Source: Xylographa opegraphella (taxonomy: Eukaryota). From it: 64,000 nucleotides of DNA. The translations under genes were made by a program, and so were the position numbers. Below the pieces are notes generated by a model that ran no database searches, was not told the origin of the DNA, and saw only the letters and a program-made list of their open reading frames with translations. Where the stretch lies: assembly GCA_022813865.1 (NCBI GenBank), contig JALDZX010000009.1, forward strand, positions 62,001 through 126,000, in the 5' to 3' direction. Position 1 is the stretch's first letter. Every line of letters starts with the position of its first letter. Positions 49,153 to 62,571 of this stretch are shown here, one piece after another.

Positions 49153-49690
49153 ATGGACACTCCCGCTGTGGCCGAAGTGTAAGCAAATCCTTCTCGCACA
49201 TCCAAACCTCGCTGACAATTTCTCCAGAGCCTCTATAGCGTCGCCCATCAACCTGATACTGCTCTCCTTACTAGTTCTGCTTGCATATATGCGCCTCCGC
49301 CCGGCTCCGCCCGTCACATTGCCCAAAGGCGCCCCTCCGACCGTGTTCCGCTCCTTTACTCCGCCAGAGCTCAAACCCTTCAACGGAGAAAATAACATGC
49401 CCGTCTATCTTGCTGTACGAGGCCGCGTTTTCGACGTAACACCAGGGAGAAACTTCTACGGGCCTGGAGGCCCTTACGAGAACTTTGCGGGTAGAGATGC
49501 GAGCAGGGGCCTTGCTTCGGGGAGCTTCGACGAGGATATGTTGACGAAGAACCTGGAGGGCCCATTAGATAAGCTGGAGGGACTTGGACCGGAAGAGTTG
49601 GAGGCGTTAAGGGGGTGGGAAGAAAGGTTCTCGGAGAAATATCTCGTTGTGGGGAAGTTGGTGGCTGTAGGGACTGAGGGGACGGGGTAG
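49153..49690 (+). CDS. DAP1: Membrane-associated progesterone receptor family (cytochrome b5-like heme/steroid-binding) protein, 2 exons
   Basis: Short first exon, TM helix INLILLSLLVLLAY, FTPPELKPFNG, VYLAVRGRVFDVT..FYGPGGPY.NFAGRDASRGLA, W..RF.EKY.VVG. Confidence 0.92.
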
Positions 49691-50288
49691 GCGAAGAGCT
49701 GTGCGAAGAAAAGGCTTGCTTTAATGACGGCGAAGATGGAGTAGCTAAATCAAGCGATTGAATGGGCAATCAGGGAAAAGAATCTGGTGTATCAATTGTG
49801 CTTTGGTATGCGCTTTTCCCGAACGGCGTAATGGGGAATGTCTATCCATTTATCCTTGTCTCAGCATGATCTGTAAGCAATACTCTCATAGAAAGCGCGA
49901 GTGCACACGCTGTATATGATGTGAAAGGCCATAAAGAACTCTGCCTAACGGATGCTACAAGAGCAATGGTAAATCACTGATTCTTTCTGGGTGTCAATAA
50001 ACCCTAAGACTTGCTACCCTGGAGCTTGCCGTATCAAGGGCCTCGGCCAGGCTTGGTTGGCCGATCCAATCTCAAACGTCAAACGAAACGGCGATGAGCC
50101 GGCCATACTCAGGAGCTCAACATCATCACATCTAAACAACGCTTGCTGTTGTATACCTTGATGTTTGAACTGGTCTGATTTTGATGTGTTCCCTTTCGAT
50201 CGGAGGTACACAGCAGAAAATATGCGGTAAATCTCTGTGACAGAACTCCCCACTCCAACCGCGGCCCGGCCGACGCACCACCGCCCTC

Positions 50289-52984
50289 ATGGTGGACGAG
50301 AAACCAAACAAGTATATCCGCGAGGAGACGCTACCTATACCTACCTACGAAGAAGCAACCTCATCCCGGTCTCCATCACACTCGTTCCTTGGCGCTTCAG
50401 AAGTCAGTCATGATGCCGAACGGCAAGGTCTGCTCGAGCGGCGCTCCCCAGCACCGCCTGGGGATAATTACAGACCACCAGAGGTGGAGTCGGTCAGATC
50501 CAGTGCAGATTTCCTATCGTCAACTGGGAACAACTCGGCAAGATCATCTGTGGAGGGTTCTCGGCATGAAATCATACAGATGGACATGGAGGATCCTCTT
50601 TCAGAGCAAGCTCAATCCCAGATGGGGACGAGACTCTCGAAACGTATCAGTAGTATCACCAACGGTCTCTCGTCTCTGAATCTACCATTCCGTCAATGGT
50701 TGCCGTCCTTGGAATACGTCCGAGCACACATACCGCGGATGCCTGGCCGATTTCCCGAAGCCCTTAAGCCGGGATGGATTATGGTTGTCCGCTTCTTCGC
50801 TCTTGTCTTTGTTCTAACTGTCGTGTATATTGTGTTCATATCGAATATATTTTCCTTTCGCCAAAGAAGGAGTGGACAAATGTATGATCCGGAAAGTGTT
50901 CGGATGTTTGTACAGGAGCACGTCAATGCAACTAATATACAACTACACTTGGAACATTTAACACGATTTGATCATATTGCTGGTACAGAGGGAAGTTATG
51001 TTCTTGCCAAATACGTCGAGGCGGCTTTCCACGCAGCAGGTCTTGATAGCCCGATGCTTGAGCGCTTCGACGTCTACCTAAATTATCCGACCGAGGGTGG
51101 ACGCGAAGTTGCTATTGTTAATCCCTCAGACTTGGTGTGGAAAGGTAAGATCGAGGAGGAGCTCGCCTATACAGATCCCCCTAGAGAACAAACCCTGGTA
51201 TTTCATGGGTTGTCAAAGTCTGGGAACGTTACCGGACCTCTCATATATGCGAATTACGGGTCTCGGGAGGATTTCGAGTGGCTACAAAATAACGGAATCA
51301 GTGTTGAAGGAGGTATTGCTCTAGTCAGATATTATGGAAGCCAAACGGATCGTGCTCTGAAGGTCAAGGCTGCTGAACTTGCCGGGGCTGTCGGCTGCAT
51401 TATCTACAGTGATCCAAATGAAGATGGATTCGTCAAAGGAGAACCCTACCCGGGTGGCCGTTATATGCCCGCCGATGGTGTCCAACGAGGTACTGTTGGT
51501 TTGACGAGCTGGATCGTTGGAGATGTGTTGTCACCTGGCTTCGCTTCATTGCCGGGTGAGAAAAAAAGGATATCGAAGGAGAACAATCCTGGACTTAACA
51601 ACATACCCAGCATCCCACTCTCTTGGAGAGACGCACAGAAGCTACTCCAGTCCCTGAAGGGTCATGGAAAGCAGCTCAACAATAATTTGGGCTGGGTTGG
51701 GGGCGTTCCTGATGTGGATGAATGGTGGACGGGGACCAAAGAATCCTCACCCATGGTCAACTTAAGAAACGAACAAGATGAGGTGGAGAGACAACCAATC
51801 TATAACGTGCTTGGGGACATCATCGGTATCGAGCAACCCGAGAAGGTTGTCATCGTTGGGAACCACCGTGATGCATGGGGATTCGGTGCTGTTGATCCTG
51901 GTAGTGGAACAGCTGTGTTTCTTGAGGTTGTCAGGATTTTTGGCGATCTCAAAAACCTGGGCTGGCGGCCAATGCGCTCTATACAATTTGCTTCATGGGA
52001 CGCCGAGGAATACAATCTCATAGGTTCCACCGAGCATGTAGAATCGAGGACAGAGGATCTCAGACGTAATGGTTTTGCCTACATCAATGTTGATGTGGCC
52101 GTCCAAGGGAGCGACTTTCGCGCAGCTGGACCAGCGCTTTTCGAGAAATCGTTGTTTCACGTCCTTGGTCGCACTTCTGACCCACTCAGCAACAAGACAT
52201 TGCGATCTTTATGGGACGAGAGGAACCGAAAAATAGAGGGTCTGGGCGCAGGAAGCGACTATGTCGCATTCCAGGATATCGCAGGGATGTCATCTATAGA
52301 CTTAGGTTTCCATGGAGAGCCTTTTCCTTACCACAGCTCTTACGACAACTTTCAATGGATGAGTCAATTCGGAGATCCGGGTTTCTTGTACCATAGACTG
52401 ATGGGCCAAGTCTGGGCGCTACTCATACTAGAGCTGGCGGATCGGCCTGTACTCCCTTTCGATTTAGAAGCCTATGCTCGCAGTATCAAAGACTACGTCC
52501 GAGACCTTGACCAATATAGCCATACGAAGGAGGCACCAGCAGCTTTCGATCTCAAGCCATTGAGCGATGCTGCCGATGCGACCGTGCAAAGAACACGGAA
52601 ATTTCATGAATGGGATCAGGTATGGACACAGAACATATATGGAATGGGAGGTATGGAAAGCAATGCCCTCATGGTCATGCGTATGAACCACAACAACAAG
52701 ATGGCAAACTTTGAAACAGACTTGCTGGACGTGGCAGGTGGTGTGAGTAGCTCCGTCTTCTTCCGTTGTCGCCGGGAATACTACTTACGCGTGGTTTATA
52801 GCTCCCAGGCCGAGAACAATACAAACATGTCATCTTTGCCCCACAAGCATGGTCTGGTTACGACGAGGCCGTGTTTCCTGGAATCCGCGATGCAATTGAT
52901 GGCGGTGATTGGCATTTGGCGCAGAAACAAGTGGAGAAAGTGGCAATGTTGCTGGCGCGGGCAAGTCAAAGGTTGCTCGAGTGA
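50289..52984 (+). CDS. Glutamate carboxypeptidase II / transferrin receptor-like M28 peptidase (Tre1/Tre2/Vps70-like), 2 exons
   Basis: N-terminal PTY motif, single TM helix, PA domain (YANYG..DF, KVKAAE..GA.G.IIYSDP), GNHRDAW..GAVDPGSGT, WDAEEY, GAGSDY, YHS.YD. Intron ~52743-52801, then LPGREQYKHVIFAP. Confidence 0.93.
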
Positions 52985-53930
52985 GGTACGTGGACATTCT
53001 ACGTGGATATCGAGATAACAGGATTGGTGGACACCGATAAGGAAGTATGTACTTGGTACTTGACGTCGTACGACGTTTCGCTTTCTGGCTTTGCAGTGGG
53101 GGCATTGGGCACGAGCCAACCCACGGTGGAGGGTGGAGGCGGTCTGCATTTTGCGTTGTATGGCACGGACTGTAATCTTACTGTGCATAAGTACGACGCA
53201 GCGGCCTTTGGGGAGGAAAGTGAGTGGTCTATTTCGTTGCACCACATATACAACACGTCACGGAGCATTCCGAAGAGGATGTTCGCGGAGACATCGCGGA
53301 ATTGATGTCCTCCAAGTTCCAAAGTTGATGGTGTTCTGTGGCGTCGCGCTAAGTATATAAAATTCAATAATAGCACGATAATCAGGAGTCGAGAATTCGG
53401 TCTCGGGACCCCTTAGCGTTTAGGTGCCCACAGCCTCTGGGACGTCCGCTAACCACTTACCGGTTACCTGCCACAACAGGCGGCGATCCAGCGGATCATG
53501 TCCGTTTCAGTGGGCCCCGTCCCCGCGCTAGCTATATTTAATCCCTCCAACCTCACTAGCGATATCCTTAAACGGGAGCTTGTGTAGGGGAGTTTGGCGA
53601 TGATGGCTCCCGTCTTTCCTCACGTCTTCGTGATTGCAATCTCGACTCTCTTTTGTTCGTATTCTGGGTTCATTCAGTCTCTCGTTATTGAAAGCTCGAT
53701 GGTAATTGCCTGACCTTTTCTCACTGTGAATGCTTCTCTCCGATAGACATCCTCCGCAACTCGCCCGCAAATACCTCCATCGCATAGGTCACTTTACAAA
53801 GTCGGCTTTCTAACCTATCATCCGATACAGCCCGCAACGATAGTCTTTCGGCCATTATATTTAACATGGTCTTCTGTGCTTGAAGGCTCAGTTTCGCGGA
53901 ACACCCAATGGTTCCCCATCCAGCCAGAGT

Positions 53931-56900
53931 ATGATGTTCGATGCCACGCCCACTGACGACGATTTCCCCTTACGCCGCAGGACTCCAGGAGTCCGAAGTA
54001 CGCAGGACATTGAGCCTGTATCCTTGGGAGGAGTTAGTGAAACATACGAAGTTGGAGGGGCCGGGTCGGCAGTTATACCTCGGTCAGCGAGCTATGTGAG
54101 CATTCCATCACTAGCGGCCGAGGGGGGTACTTTTCTACACGAGGCGTCCTCGGAGCAGAGTGGTATCAGACGCACCTTTTCCGAAAACGTGCTATCCACT
54201 CTCGATAACAGCTTATGGCGACGAACGTCTTCTGAGAAAACTAGTGATGGAGGGCATAAAGAAACCACAATCAGCAAATTGGTACGGCGAAAATCTGGTC
54301 TGTTCCGCAAAGACATGAAGATTCACGTGTCGAGGATAACAATCGAGGAACAGCAGGCGAGTGTAGAGATTGCAGAACTGCCTAACGCGGTTGTCCGAAA
54401 TTATCGAGATGACCACGAACGGAAGACACGGTCGGTTTCTGGCTCTTTGACGACCCTGGCTCGAAAGTCCTGGCTTGGGGCATCTCGGTCTCCATCTCCG
54501 AGCAAGCGCGTATGCATTTCCACTGCTGGTGAGGAGTCGACCAGCGCTGGAGATGTCGAGGAGAGCAGCAGGCTCCCTTTCAAGGAGTCGCCGGCGTCTG
54601 CTCTGGTAGAGAAAGGCACAAATGCTACAAACAACGACCACAGTACGCTAGAAAGGAAAGCTACGACGTCGAAGAAGACGAAGAGGCCTCTCAGTGTTAT
54701 CCTTCGGAAATCAGCCACTGCACCCGTGCTAAAGAGTCCGGTTATACCAGTGCCGTTGATCCCAAAATCCTTCTCGCAGGACACAGGCTTTCCACTGTAC
54801 AATGGAGAGACTCAACCAAATCCTGCGCAGGCTGTACCCAGGTCGATGTCTACAGAAAAAGTGCAGAGCGCTGGAGCGGATATATCACGTAAACGAGATG
54901 AGCTTAGTAGCAACTTTCGGACACTGGAAGGGGAATATCAAAAGTAGGTTTTCAAACGAGGAAGGAGTGTAAGCCTCATTAACGGATGTTATAGATTTAC
55001 AACAAAGCCGAGCTCTTTGAAGGCCAACATTATTCGCAGCACTCTTCTACCATTTCTGAGAACCTATACGGATCATCCTTCGAATACCTCACTCAGGGCT
55101 GAGGATTTGGATAGGAGAGTGAACATTTTAAACAGGTGGTGGATGTGAGTGATTTTCTAAACACTCGATTTTCCGGGTCAAACGAAGCTTGAGTGGCAAG
55201 AAGTTCTGCGACGCCGTACTCAACTATATTATTTGCATTTTCGTGAAAGCTTGGTGTCTATGTTGGGATGCAAATGCTAATGGTTTTCAGAGGCCTCCTG
55301 GAGATGCTCAATGGGCGAAATGGTCAATCTGTATCAGGCAGCGACCGGCCGGCAGTCCTCGAAGGAGTGGCAGGAATCATGATACGGCCCGAATGGAGGC
55401 TTCCTATCTCCCTCATCCACAACCGACCTGAGCATTCGCGGCCACCGCTAAAGTCTAAATCAACGACTTCTTTGCAATCCACATCCTCGGATTTTCTTGT
55501 GGAATCTGTTCTCCAGAATATCCGCAATACTTTTGTCCAAAATCTGCTGTCACAGATGGTGTTCGTCGTCGATAAAATGTCCGCCCGTAGTGTACCAGCA
55601 AGTGTTGTTACCTTTTGCGGGAAGGCCACGGCATACGCTTTTCTCTTCTGCCCTGGTGTAGCGGAAGTACTGATTCGTTTATGGTCCGTATCTTCAGACT
55701 TGGTAAGGCGGGTCTTGAGCGAGATGAATGTTACAAGATCCCCCGACCTGAACGACTTAACCAATACCATTTCTCACAGGTTTCCCCTACACCTCCGAGC
55801 ATTGGCCTTCAAGTCATTACCCTCGCTGATGAGACAGCTTCGCAGCAGTCCACAGAAACCTTTGAGCTCCGCTTATATTCCGTGGGACGGACCCTGGAAA
55901 AGTCGATGGTCTGGAAGAGAATCGGATCTTTTCTTCATGTTCGTCAAACATTACCAGATATTGGTTTATGATTTGCTCCCAAATGATATCACAATGACTG
56001 GGCTAGCATGTGTTCCCTGCTACGTGTTGGTTCAGGCGCAACTACTTTCTGTTTTGGATGCGACTATTCATCGAGCTGGAAATTCCGTAGCTAATGGATC
56101 TCCGGACGGCCTTCTACCATTGACCTTCGACGACATACTTGGTGCTGATACTTCTGCTACTCCTTTACCACTGTCACCGGCTCCAAACGCTTCGCGACCA
56201 ATGGCTGAAAATCGTTTGATCATGCTTCTTAGAGAATTTCTATCTGACTTGTCAATTGTGAACGACTTGGCACGCAAGTTCTTTGCTGAGTCATTTCTAG
56301 ACTTGCTCAAAGCCAGTTCTCGACGAACTTCGGTATTTGATCATCACGCTTGCTTTACCCTTTGCGACCTTTTGGAGGAAGCATTTGTAATCTTGGCTCG
56401 ATATTATGGCGATACCGAAGATCCGTTCTCCTTCCTAGAGTGGGAATTCTGGCGTTGTGTATGTCAGCGAATGCTGGAAAGTAACAACAGCATGACAGAA
56501 GTTCGTCTTTACGCCTTTATATACGGGCTCTGGAACTTAATCACGAAAAACCCGGAGCGGAAAAAGAACGTTGCTTTGGACTGGTTGCTGTCAGAGGAAC
56601 ACTTTGAGCGTCAGTTCAATCACTGGTGCCCTATGGTTCGAGCCTATTATATGCGTTTGCTATGTTGGAGGCTGGCAAGATACGATGGAGAGGCCTCCGA
56701 AACGGAGTTGTAGGTTATTCAGATCTCCCTTCTGCGTAGCCATCTAACGACTCTAGATATATATTATCCACCGTGTCGAGTCGCCTGAGGCATACCTGGT
56801 GTCAATTTCTTTATATCCAAGATTTTGCGGAGAACAACGGTATTCCGCAGCCATCTACCATACCATGTAGCCCGGCTCCAGGACGTCGGCTTCTGATTGT

Positions 56901-57600
56901 GAGAAATGATGTGAATATTGGTACGGCGCGTTCGTTCCTATCGTTTGACGCCATCGTGGAGTCTACCAATTCTGCTAAATCTACAACATATGAGAGACAC
57001 TCGTTACCAGAACTGAAAAAAGAAGGACCTTGGAGTCCCAACGGCCAGCCTAGGTCTTCAAGCCCAGGAAGAAAGAAGTGGGGCCTTCTACGCAACATGA
57101 ATCCCTTCACAGCCAATACAAATGAAACATCCAAAACCAATTGGACAGGTCGGCCGGATGGTAATCCAGCCGTCAACAGCCAAGCCCCTAGCGATGCCGG
57201 AGTCACGTCTAGTCCCGTGGTATCTCCTTCAGTCGCCAGTAGCCCTGTGTCCTCACCTGGACAGCAGTCTCAAGGTCTCTCATTTAAGTTTTCTCTTGAG
57301 TGGAGCGACAGGAATGCAGGAAATGCAACACATCAAAGGCTTTATCCGCCTAAACTACCGCTCCCGGCGCAGATGTTCCTACAGTCCAAGCAACCAGAAT
57401 CCCACAACTTCACGCCTGTCATGCCGGAAGGATCTGCCGTCGGCCCTAGCAAGTATTCAGGTCGAGCTCTTGCGGAATGGGCCAACCTTGTTGCGGAATG
57501 TCAGAACTTCTTCGAGCGGCGAAAATATGAAGGTATTCCTGGACTGAAACGAGTTGAAACACCAACACTAGGGGTTGATCCATTTCGCCGGCCGGTCTGA
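53931..57600 (+). CDS. DUF1765-family fungal protein, ~4 exons (start approximate)
   Basis: Long low-complexity N-terminus; LKANIIRSTLLPFLR, LDRRVNILNRWW, FCGKATAYAFLFCPGVA, FNHWCPMVRAYYMRLLCWR, KYSGRALAEW...FFERR..EG.P....VETPTLGV. Confidence 0.85.
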
Positions 57601-58475
57601 GTATTTGGCCTCAATGGCACTTGGAATCAGTTGCGTATCGTCTGCAGCGTCGGTATCCCCGTATTATCTTCGTGCAACCGCAGCCAAAGATATTAGTGTT
57701 TTTACACGCGTGAGGTCTCATTGATCAAGCATGCTGGAATACGATCGGTCTGTTGCGTTCACTGTATGTATTATATTTTCCCCTTGTGCTCCTGAGACCA
57801 CTCTACAATTTTCGTATCCTTTTAATTCCCTCGAGATCTTAAGCCAGTTACACAGGCCTTATTAGCGTGGAGTTCCCGGGCGGCCGCTTTCACCGAACAT
57901 ATGGGCATTCATCCGGCTGGCAATCTACTACTTGCTTCACTTCTTCACGACCTATAGAGCTTACGACGGAGTGGGGAGGTCACAGATGTGTCAGAGATTG
58001 GACACGGACGTCTTGGCCGAGCGCATATACAGTGGAAATCTTCGAGCTTAGAATACCTATAGACGATAGAATAACAGATACACATGAAGACCGTTCTACA
58101 AGTTCAAGCCCTGCTTTGTTTGCCACGTCGTGTAGCCGTGAAATGCCCTTGAGATGCTCTGAGTGCAAATTCGTACTCTTGATTAAGACGTAGCCTCTTT
58201 GGAGAATGGTATTATTGTGGTATGGAGAATGGTAGTATTGTGGTATAGAGATGGGTTAGTAGCTTTCACGTCTTGTGCGGAAAAGGTTGGGTGGTGGATG
58301 CTGCAATGCGAAGCGCGTTTCGGGCGATGAGTACCTAGGGAGTCGACAACCGCCAGCAAAACACACGTTCTCACAACGTTTTGAGATTCGAGTCGAAAAT
58401 ATCTTGTCATTGCAACGCTGATCATCGAGTTCGTCTGGAAACTATATATCCGTAGCTCATGGAGGAGGCCACCTT

Positions 58476-58691
58476 TCACTCCCCGCGCAATCCAACATTC
58501 GTGACCGTTTGTGTCAACGGCTCAAATTGGGACATGCCGAGATCGCGCTGGCAATAGTCGACTGGGGTCAAGGCAACAGCCTTGACTTCGATGAGACCTT
58601 CGTTGGGACCAGGCTCGGGCGTGGCTTGGTCGACGACGGTTAATGGGCCTCCCTTCTGGCAGAGGACGGCGGCTTGATGTGTCCCAGCCAT
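58476..58691 (-). pseudogene. 5' fragment of a medium-chain dehydrogenase/reductase (enoyl-reductase-like) gene
   Basis: HQAAVL.QKGGPLTV...TPEPGPNE.LIEVKAVAL.PVD..QRD.G matches the GroES-like N-terminus. Similarity stops after ~53 aa and no downstream exons were found. Confidence 0.65.
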
Positions 58692-59496
58692 GGTGGTTCG
58701 TCACCAGAGGATAGTCGTCAGCCTGACTTCTTTTCGGTGAGCGAGTGGGACAGATTGATTAAGAGTTCACCTTAAACAAGTGATGTATACATGCGACGGA
58801 GTTAAGTATGTTAAATGCAGCTTAAGGCCGCGAGCCGGTCAATGGTGGTGTTGAGGCCTAAGTCCGGCGGTGGCGGATCTGCGGGGTGCTGTAGCATTCT
58901 GAAGCTTCTGGTGCAGTACGTCATATGGCCATGTTCTGGTAGATAATGTTCCAGATTGGAATGAAATAGATACAAGAGAACCTGCTATAGCTTACAGCGG
59001 ATAGAGGCGATATCCACAAGCTTGGCGAAGCGAACCTACACTGCAACATTTGATGGTAGCATTTCAATAGACTGTAATAGCTGAACAGATACAATAGCAA
59101 AATTTAACGAGCAAAAAGTGAAGCTTATTTGCGAAATCATGCAGCCGTAAAACAATTGTTCCTATTGACTATTCTACCATGACGAGCGTGAATAGAGCAG
59201 GTCTATAAACGCGAAGCCGGTGTTAAGCGTTCGGAACTATGCGTAGCGTTCTGAAATATACATGACCAAGTCACATGCTTGCGGCACAGATTATATATCT
59301 GTGAACAATCGCGCTTATTTCATACGCGTTCAGTCGTAGAGCTGGACCACGCCCAAGTACCAAGTCACTTCGATCAGTTTGCAACGCCGAAAGAGACTTG
59401 ATTAAGCCAACTAGGCTGTCAGACAGAGTCCGGAAGGCCTCAACTCCGCAGCCACAGTACTAGTCACCAATACCTCACTCCGCCCGTCCCACGATC

Positions 59497-60720
59497 ATGC
59501 CCTCCGCTTCCGCTCAGCATCCCACCCAGGCTTCCCCATCTCGTCCTCAGCCTACCCTCCCGAACGAACTCCTTCTCCTCGCCGAATCGCAATGGCTCTT
59601 TACCGAGGAAGAACTTCTCCTCACGCCCTCCATCCTCGCCGGCCTCACCCCAGCCAAAGAGCGCGAGTCCCGCGGCAAGGGCGTCAACTTCATCCTGCAG
59701 GTCGGTATCATGCTCAAGCTACCCCAGATTACCCTCGCCACCGCCTCCGTTTTCCTGCACCGCTTCTTCATGCGTCATTCCATGGTCGAGGACAAAGCGG
59801 CCGGGAAGCCCGCCATTCATTACTACAGCGTCGCCGCAACGTGCCTGTTCCTCGCGACCAAGGTCGAGGAGAACTGTCGCAAGATGAAAGACTTGGTGGT
59901 GGCTTGTGTGAGGGTGGCGCAGAAGAACCCTGGGAAGGTGGTGGATGAGCAGGACAAGGAGTACTGGCGCTGGCGGGACACGATATTACACATGGAGGAT
60001 ATCTTGCTCGAGGCGGTCTGCTTCGATCTGAGCCTGGAGCCGCCGTACAAGACGCTCTTCGAGCTGCTGTGCTTTTTCGGCGAGGAGAACAACAAGCGCC
60101 TGCGCAACGCGGCGTGGGCGTTCGTGAACGACAGCTGCCTTACGATGCTGTGCCTTCTCTTCTCGAGCCGGAGCATCGCTGCGAGCGCCCTGTATGCGGC
60201 GGCACGGCACTGCGAGGTGCGCTTCTTGGACGATGCGGAAGGGCGACCGTGGTGGGAGACGGTGGGCGTGGAGCTGCGAAATCTGCGGCGAGCGTGTAAC
60301 TACATGGCGGGGATATACGAGAATACGCCATTGAGGAACGGTGGAGAAGGGAGCAGCATCTATGAGAGGACACCAGAGGATGGGGATGAGTGGCTGGCGA
60401 AGACGAGGGAGAGGAGGCAGGAGAGAGAAGGCAGTAGGGGGCGAGAGAGGAGTGAGGGTCTGGAGGATGGCTTGAAACGGGAGCGGGAGGCCTCGATAGG
60501 TGCGAGTATGACTGGAAGTGACGGCGAGAGGAAGAGGAGGCGAGAAGAGATGGATGATATCCCGTGGGGAGGGGACACAAAGGAGGAGAGGGAGGACAAG
60601 CGGATCAAGGTTGAACCAAACGGGTCAACGAACGGGGTGGAGCACGGCCATGGGGTGGAGGTCAAAGCCGAGGAGACATCAGATGCTAATGGGAGCGAAG
60701 AGGGCGAAGTAGAGCCATGA
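59497..60720 (+). CDS. Transcriptional cyclin (cyclin T/K, Pch1-like)
   Basis: QWLFTEEEL..TPS..G...KE...R.KGVNFI.QVG..LKLPQ.T.ATA.VF.HRFFMR, FLATKVEE, E..LLEA.CFDL; charged C-tail; single exon. Confidence 0.93.
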   Translation: MPSASAQHPTQASPSRPQPTLPNELLLLAESQWLFTEEELLLTPSILAGLTPAKERESRGKGVNFILQVGIMLKLPQITLATASVFLHRFFMRHSMVEDKAAGKPAIHYYSVAATCLFLATKVEENCRKMKDLVVACVRVAQKNPGKVVDEQDKEYWRWRDTILHMEDILLEAVCFDLSLEPPYKTLFELLCFFGEENNKRLRNAAWAFVNDSCLTMLCLLFSSRSIAASALYAAARHCEVRFLDDAEGRPWWETVGVELRNLRRACNYMAGIYENTPLRNGGEGSSIYERTPEDGDEWLAKTRERRQEREGSRGRERSEGLEDGLKREREASIGASMTGSDGERKRRREEMDDIPWGGDTKEEREDKRIKVEPNGSTNGVEHGHGVEVKAEETSDANGSEEGEVEP

Positions 60721-61617
60721 ATCGACTGCTCGGCCAAAAGCAAGCCTCGTCATGGACTGCGACTCGACTGATCATGTTAAGGAGTACGCATGTCCACGGT
60801 TGCATGCGTCACGCATCGCGCCAAGCACGGGCAGCCACGTGATATCAGCCCTCGCATGAATTTCGGCTATCGTTTGCATGAACCTCATCAACGCGAAACA
60901 CACGAGAGCGTTCATCACGAAGACTGCCAAGCAGCCTGCCCCGAATGTGGCAGTAGACTTCCAGCAAGCTTTTCCCCCAGTATGCTCGAAGAGGCTGGAA
61001 ATAGCTCGCTAGCGCTCTCGCTATGGGGGTGCCGGCACCGAATGATACGGGAACCGTTTCGAGACTTGCTCTCCTGCCCTTGGCAGCTGTTTGACCTGTT
61101 CGCATCCGGTCAATAAGATTGCCAACGGTCTACGGTCATCGCACAACATTCAATTGTTTCCTTCCTGCGACGGACTAGACGGTGCCGCTGATCTTTCGGC
61201 ACATCGCCATTGGACGCATATTCCTTGGCGGCTCGGCAGTCAATGCAACCATGGCTCGAGGAGCACAGGAAGTCGGCACTGGGAGGGCTCGAACAGGATT
61301 CTCTCGTCGCTCGGAAAGCTCTATACGGGGAACATGGGGGGCCGGATCTGGCTAGTTACCGTGCGGGCAACATCGAGGGGAGAGCTTATATTGCGAAACG
61401 GCATCTGTCTTCGAATCCTTCATGGCTCGTTGATAAAGCGTGGGTGTGCCGCCCTGTTCCTGCTTCCATATACCGTTCACGTTCTTTTTCTTGTTCTTGT
61501 GGTTTGCAATACTTCTCTCGTTAATTAGTTTATCTGACGAAGGATATTCGACTCTCTCTCTCCCTCTCTCAGCCCTCTAATCTCACTCTTTTTACCCTCG
61601 CACACTCGCTCGTTGTG

Positions 61618-62571
61618 ATGCATTTACTGGAGCTCTCGCTTCTGGCGCTGGCGACCATTCTGCCCGTTCGCGCCTTCACCAACGGAACCCTAATCCCAGC
61701 CTATTTCTGCAACCCGATACCAGACGGCATGCCCAAGAGCTTGGGGGAGCTGATCCCCTTCACGATGAAGGACCAAGACGCAGACCTGGCCTTCAATGCT
61801 AGCGGTATGCCTCACGCCCAGTGTGTCCACACCTTCAGCAACGGCTAACACACATCCCCATCCCCAGCGAGCGCGAACCTCAAAGACGTCCCGGTGACGG
61901 GCTCCCAACCCGGCAACACAGGCTACATGCTCGCCTCCTTCCGTACGTCCCCACTCACCAGCCCCCAAATCACCCCCTCCCATCTAACCCCCACCCCCTC
62001 CCCCCTTTACAGACAACACCCAAAACGCCATCCTCCCCATCAAGCAAGGCCTGCTCGTCACCACCCAAAGCGGCGGCCCCCTCATCGCCGGACAGGCCAA
62101 CGCGCTCGTGCTCAGCAGCGGCGCGGCGGGCGTCGCCCTCGACGGCGCCATGCTGTACGCCAACAGCCCGTCGGGCGCGCGCGTCGGCAGCTTCGTCGAC
62201 GCCGGCGCTGTCTTCAAGCCCTTCCCCGGCTGCGGGCTCAACGCCCACGGGCAGATGGCGGGTGTCATTCACTCGCAGCTGATTACGTGTAATGTAAGAA
62301 ACGAGCTTTTCCCCTTGTTTTTGTGTGTGTGTGTGTGTGTGGGTTTGAGAGGGGGGGCTAATATGGGGGGAAAATGTAGGAAACGTACACGATGCTCTCG
62401 TATAATGCGCCGCGGTGCGGCTACGGCACGGTCATGCTGGCGGGGCTGAGCGTGACGGATAATGGGTTCGGGGTGTGGAATCAGTCGATGGAGGTGGTGG
62501 GGCAGAAGCCGTTCGACATGGATGGGGATTGCGATGGTGATGATACTGATGATCGGATGAGCGGGCGGTAA
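61618..62571 (+). CDS. Secreted protein with a Reeler-like beta domain, 4 exons
   Basis: Signal peptide MHLLELSLLALATILPVRA. Three GT-AG introns join to DGAMLYA..RVGSF...F.PFPGC...GVIHS...LSYNAP...GTVMLAGLSVTDNGFG. Confidence 0.7.
62322..62342. repeat. (TG)n microsatellite in an intron
   Basis: About 10 TG units. Confidence 0.9.
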
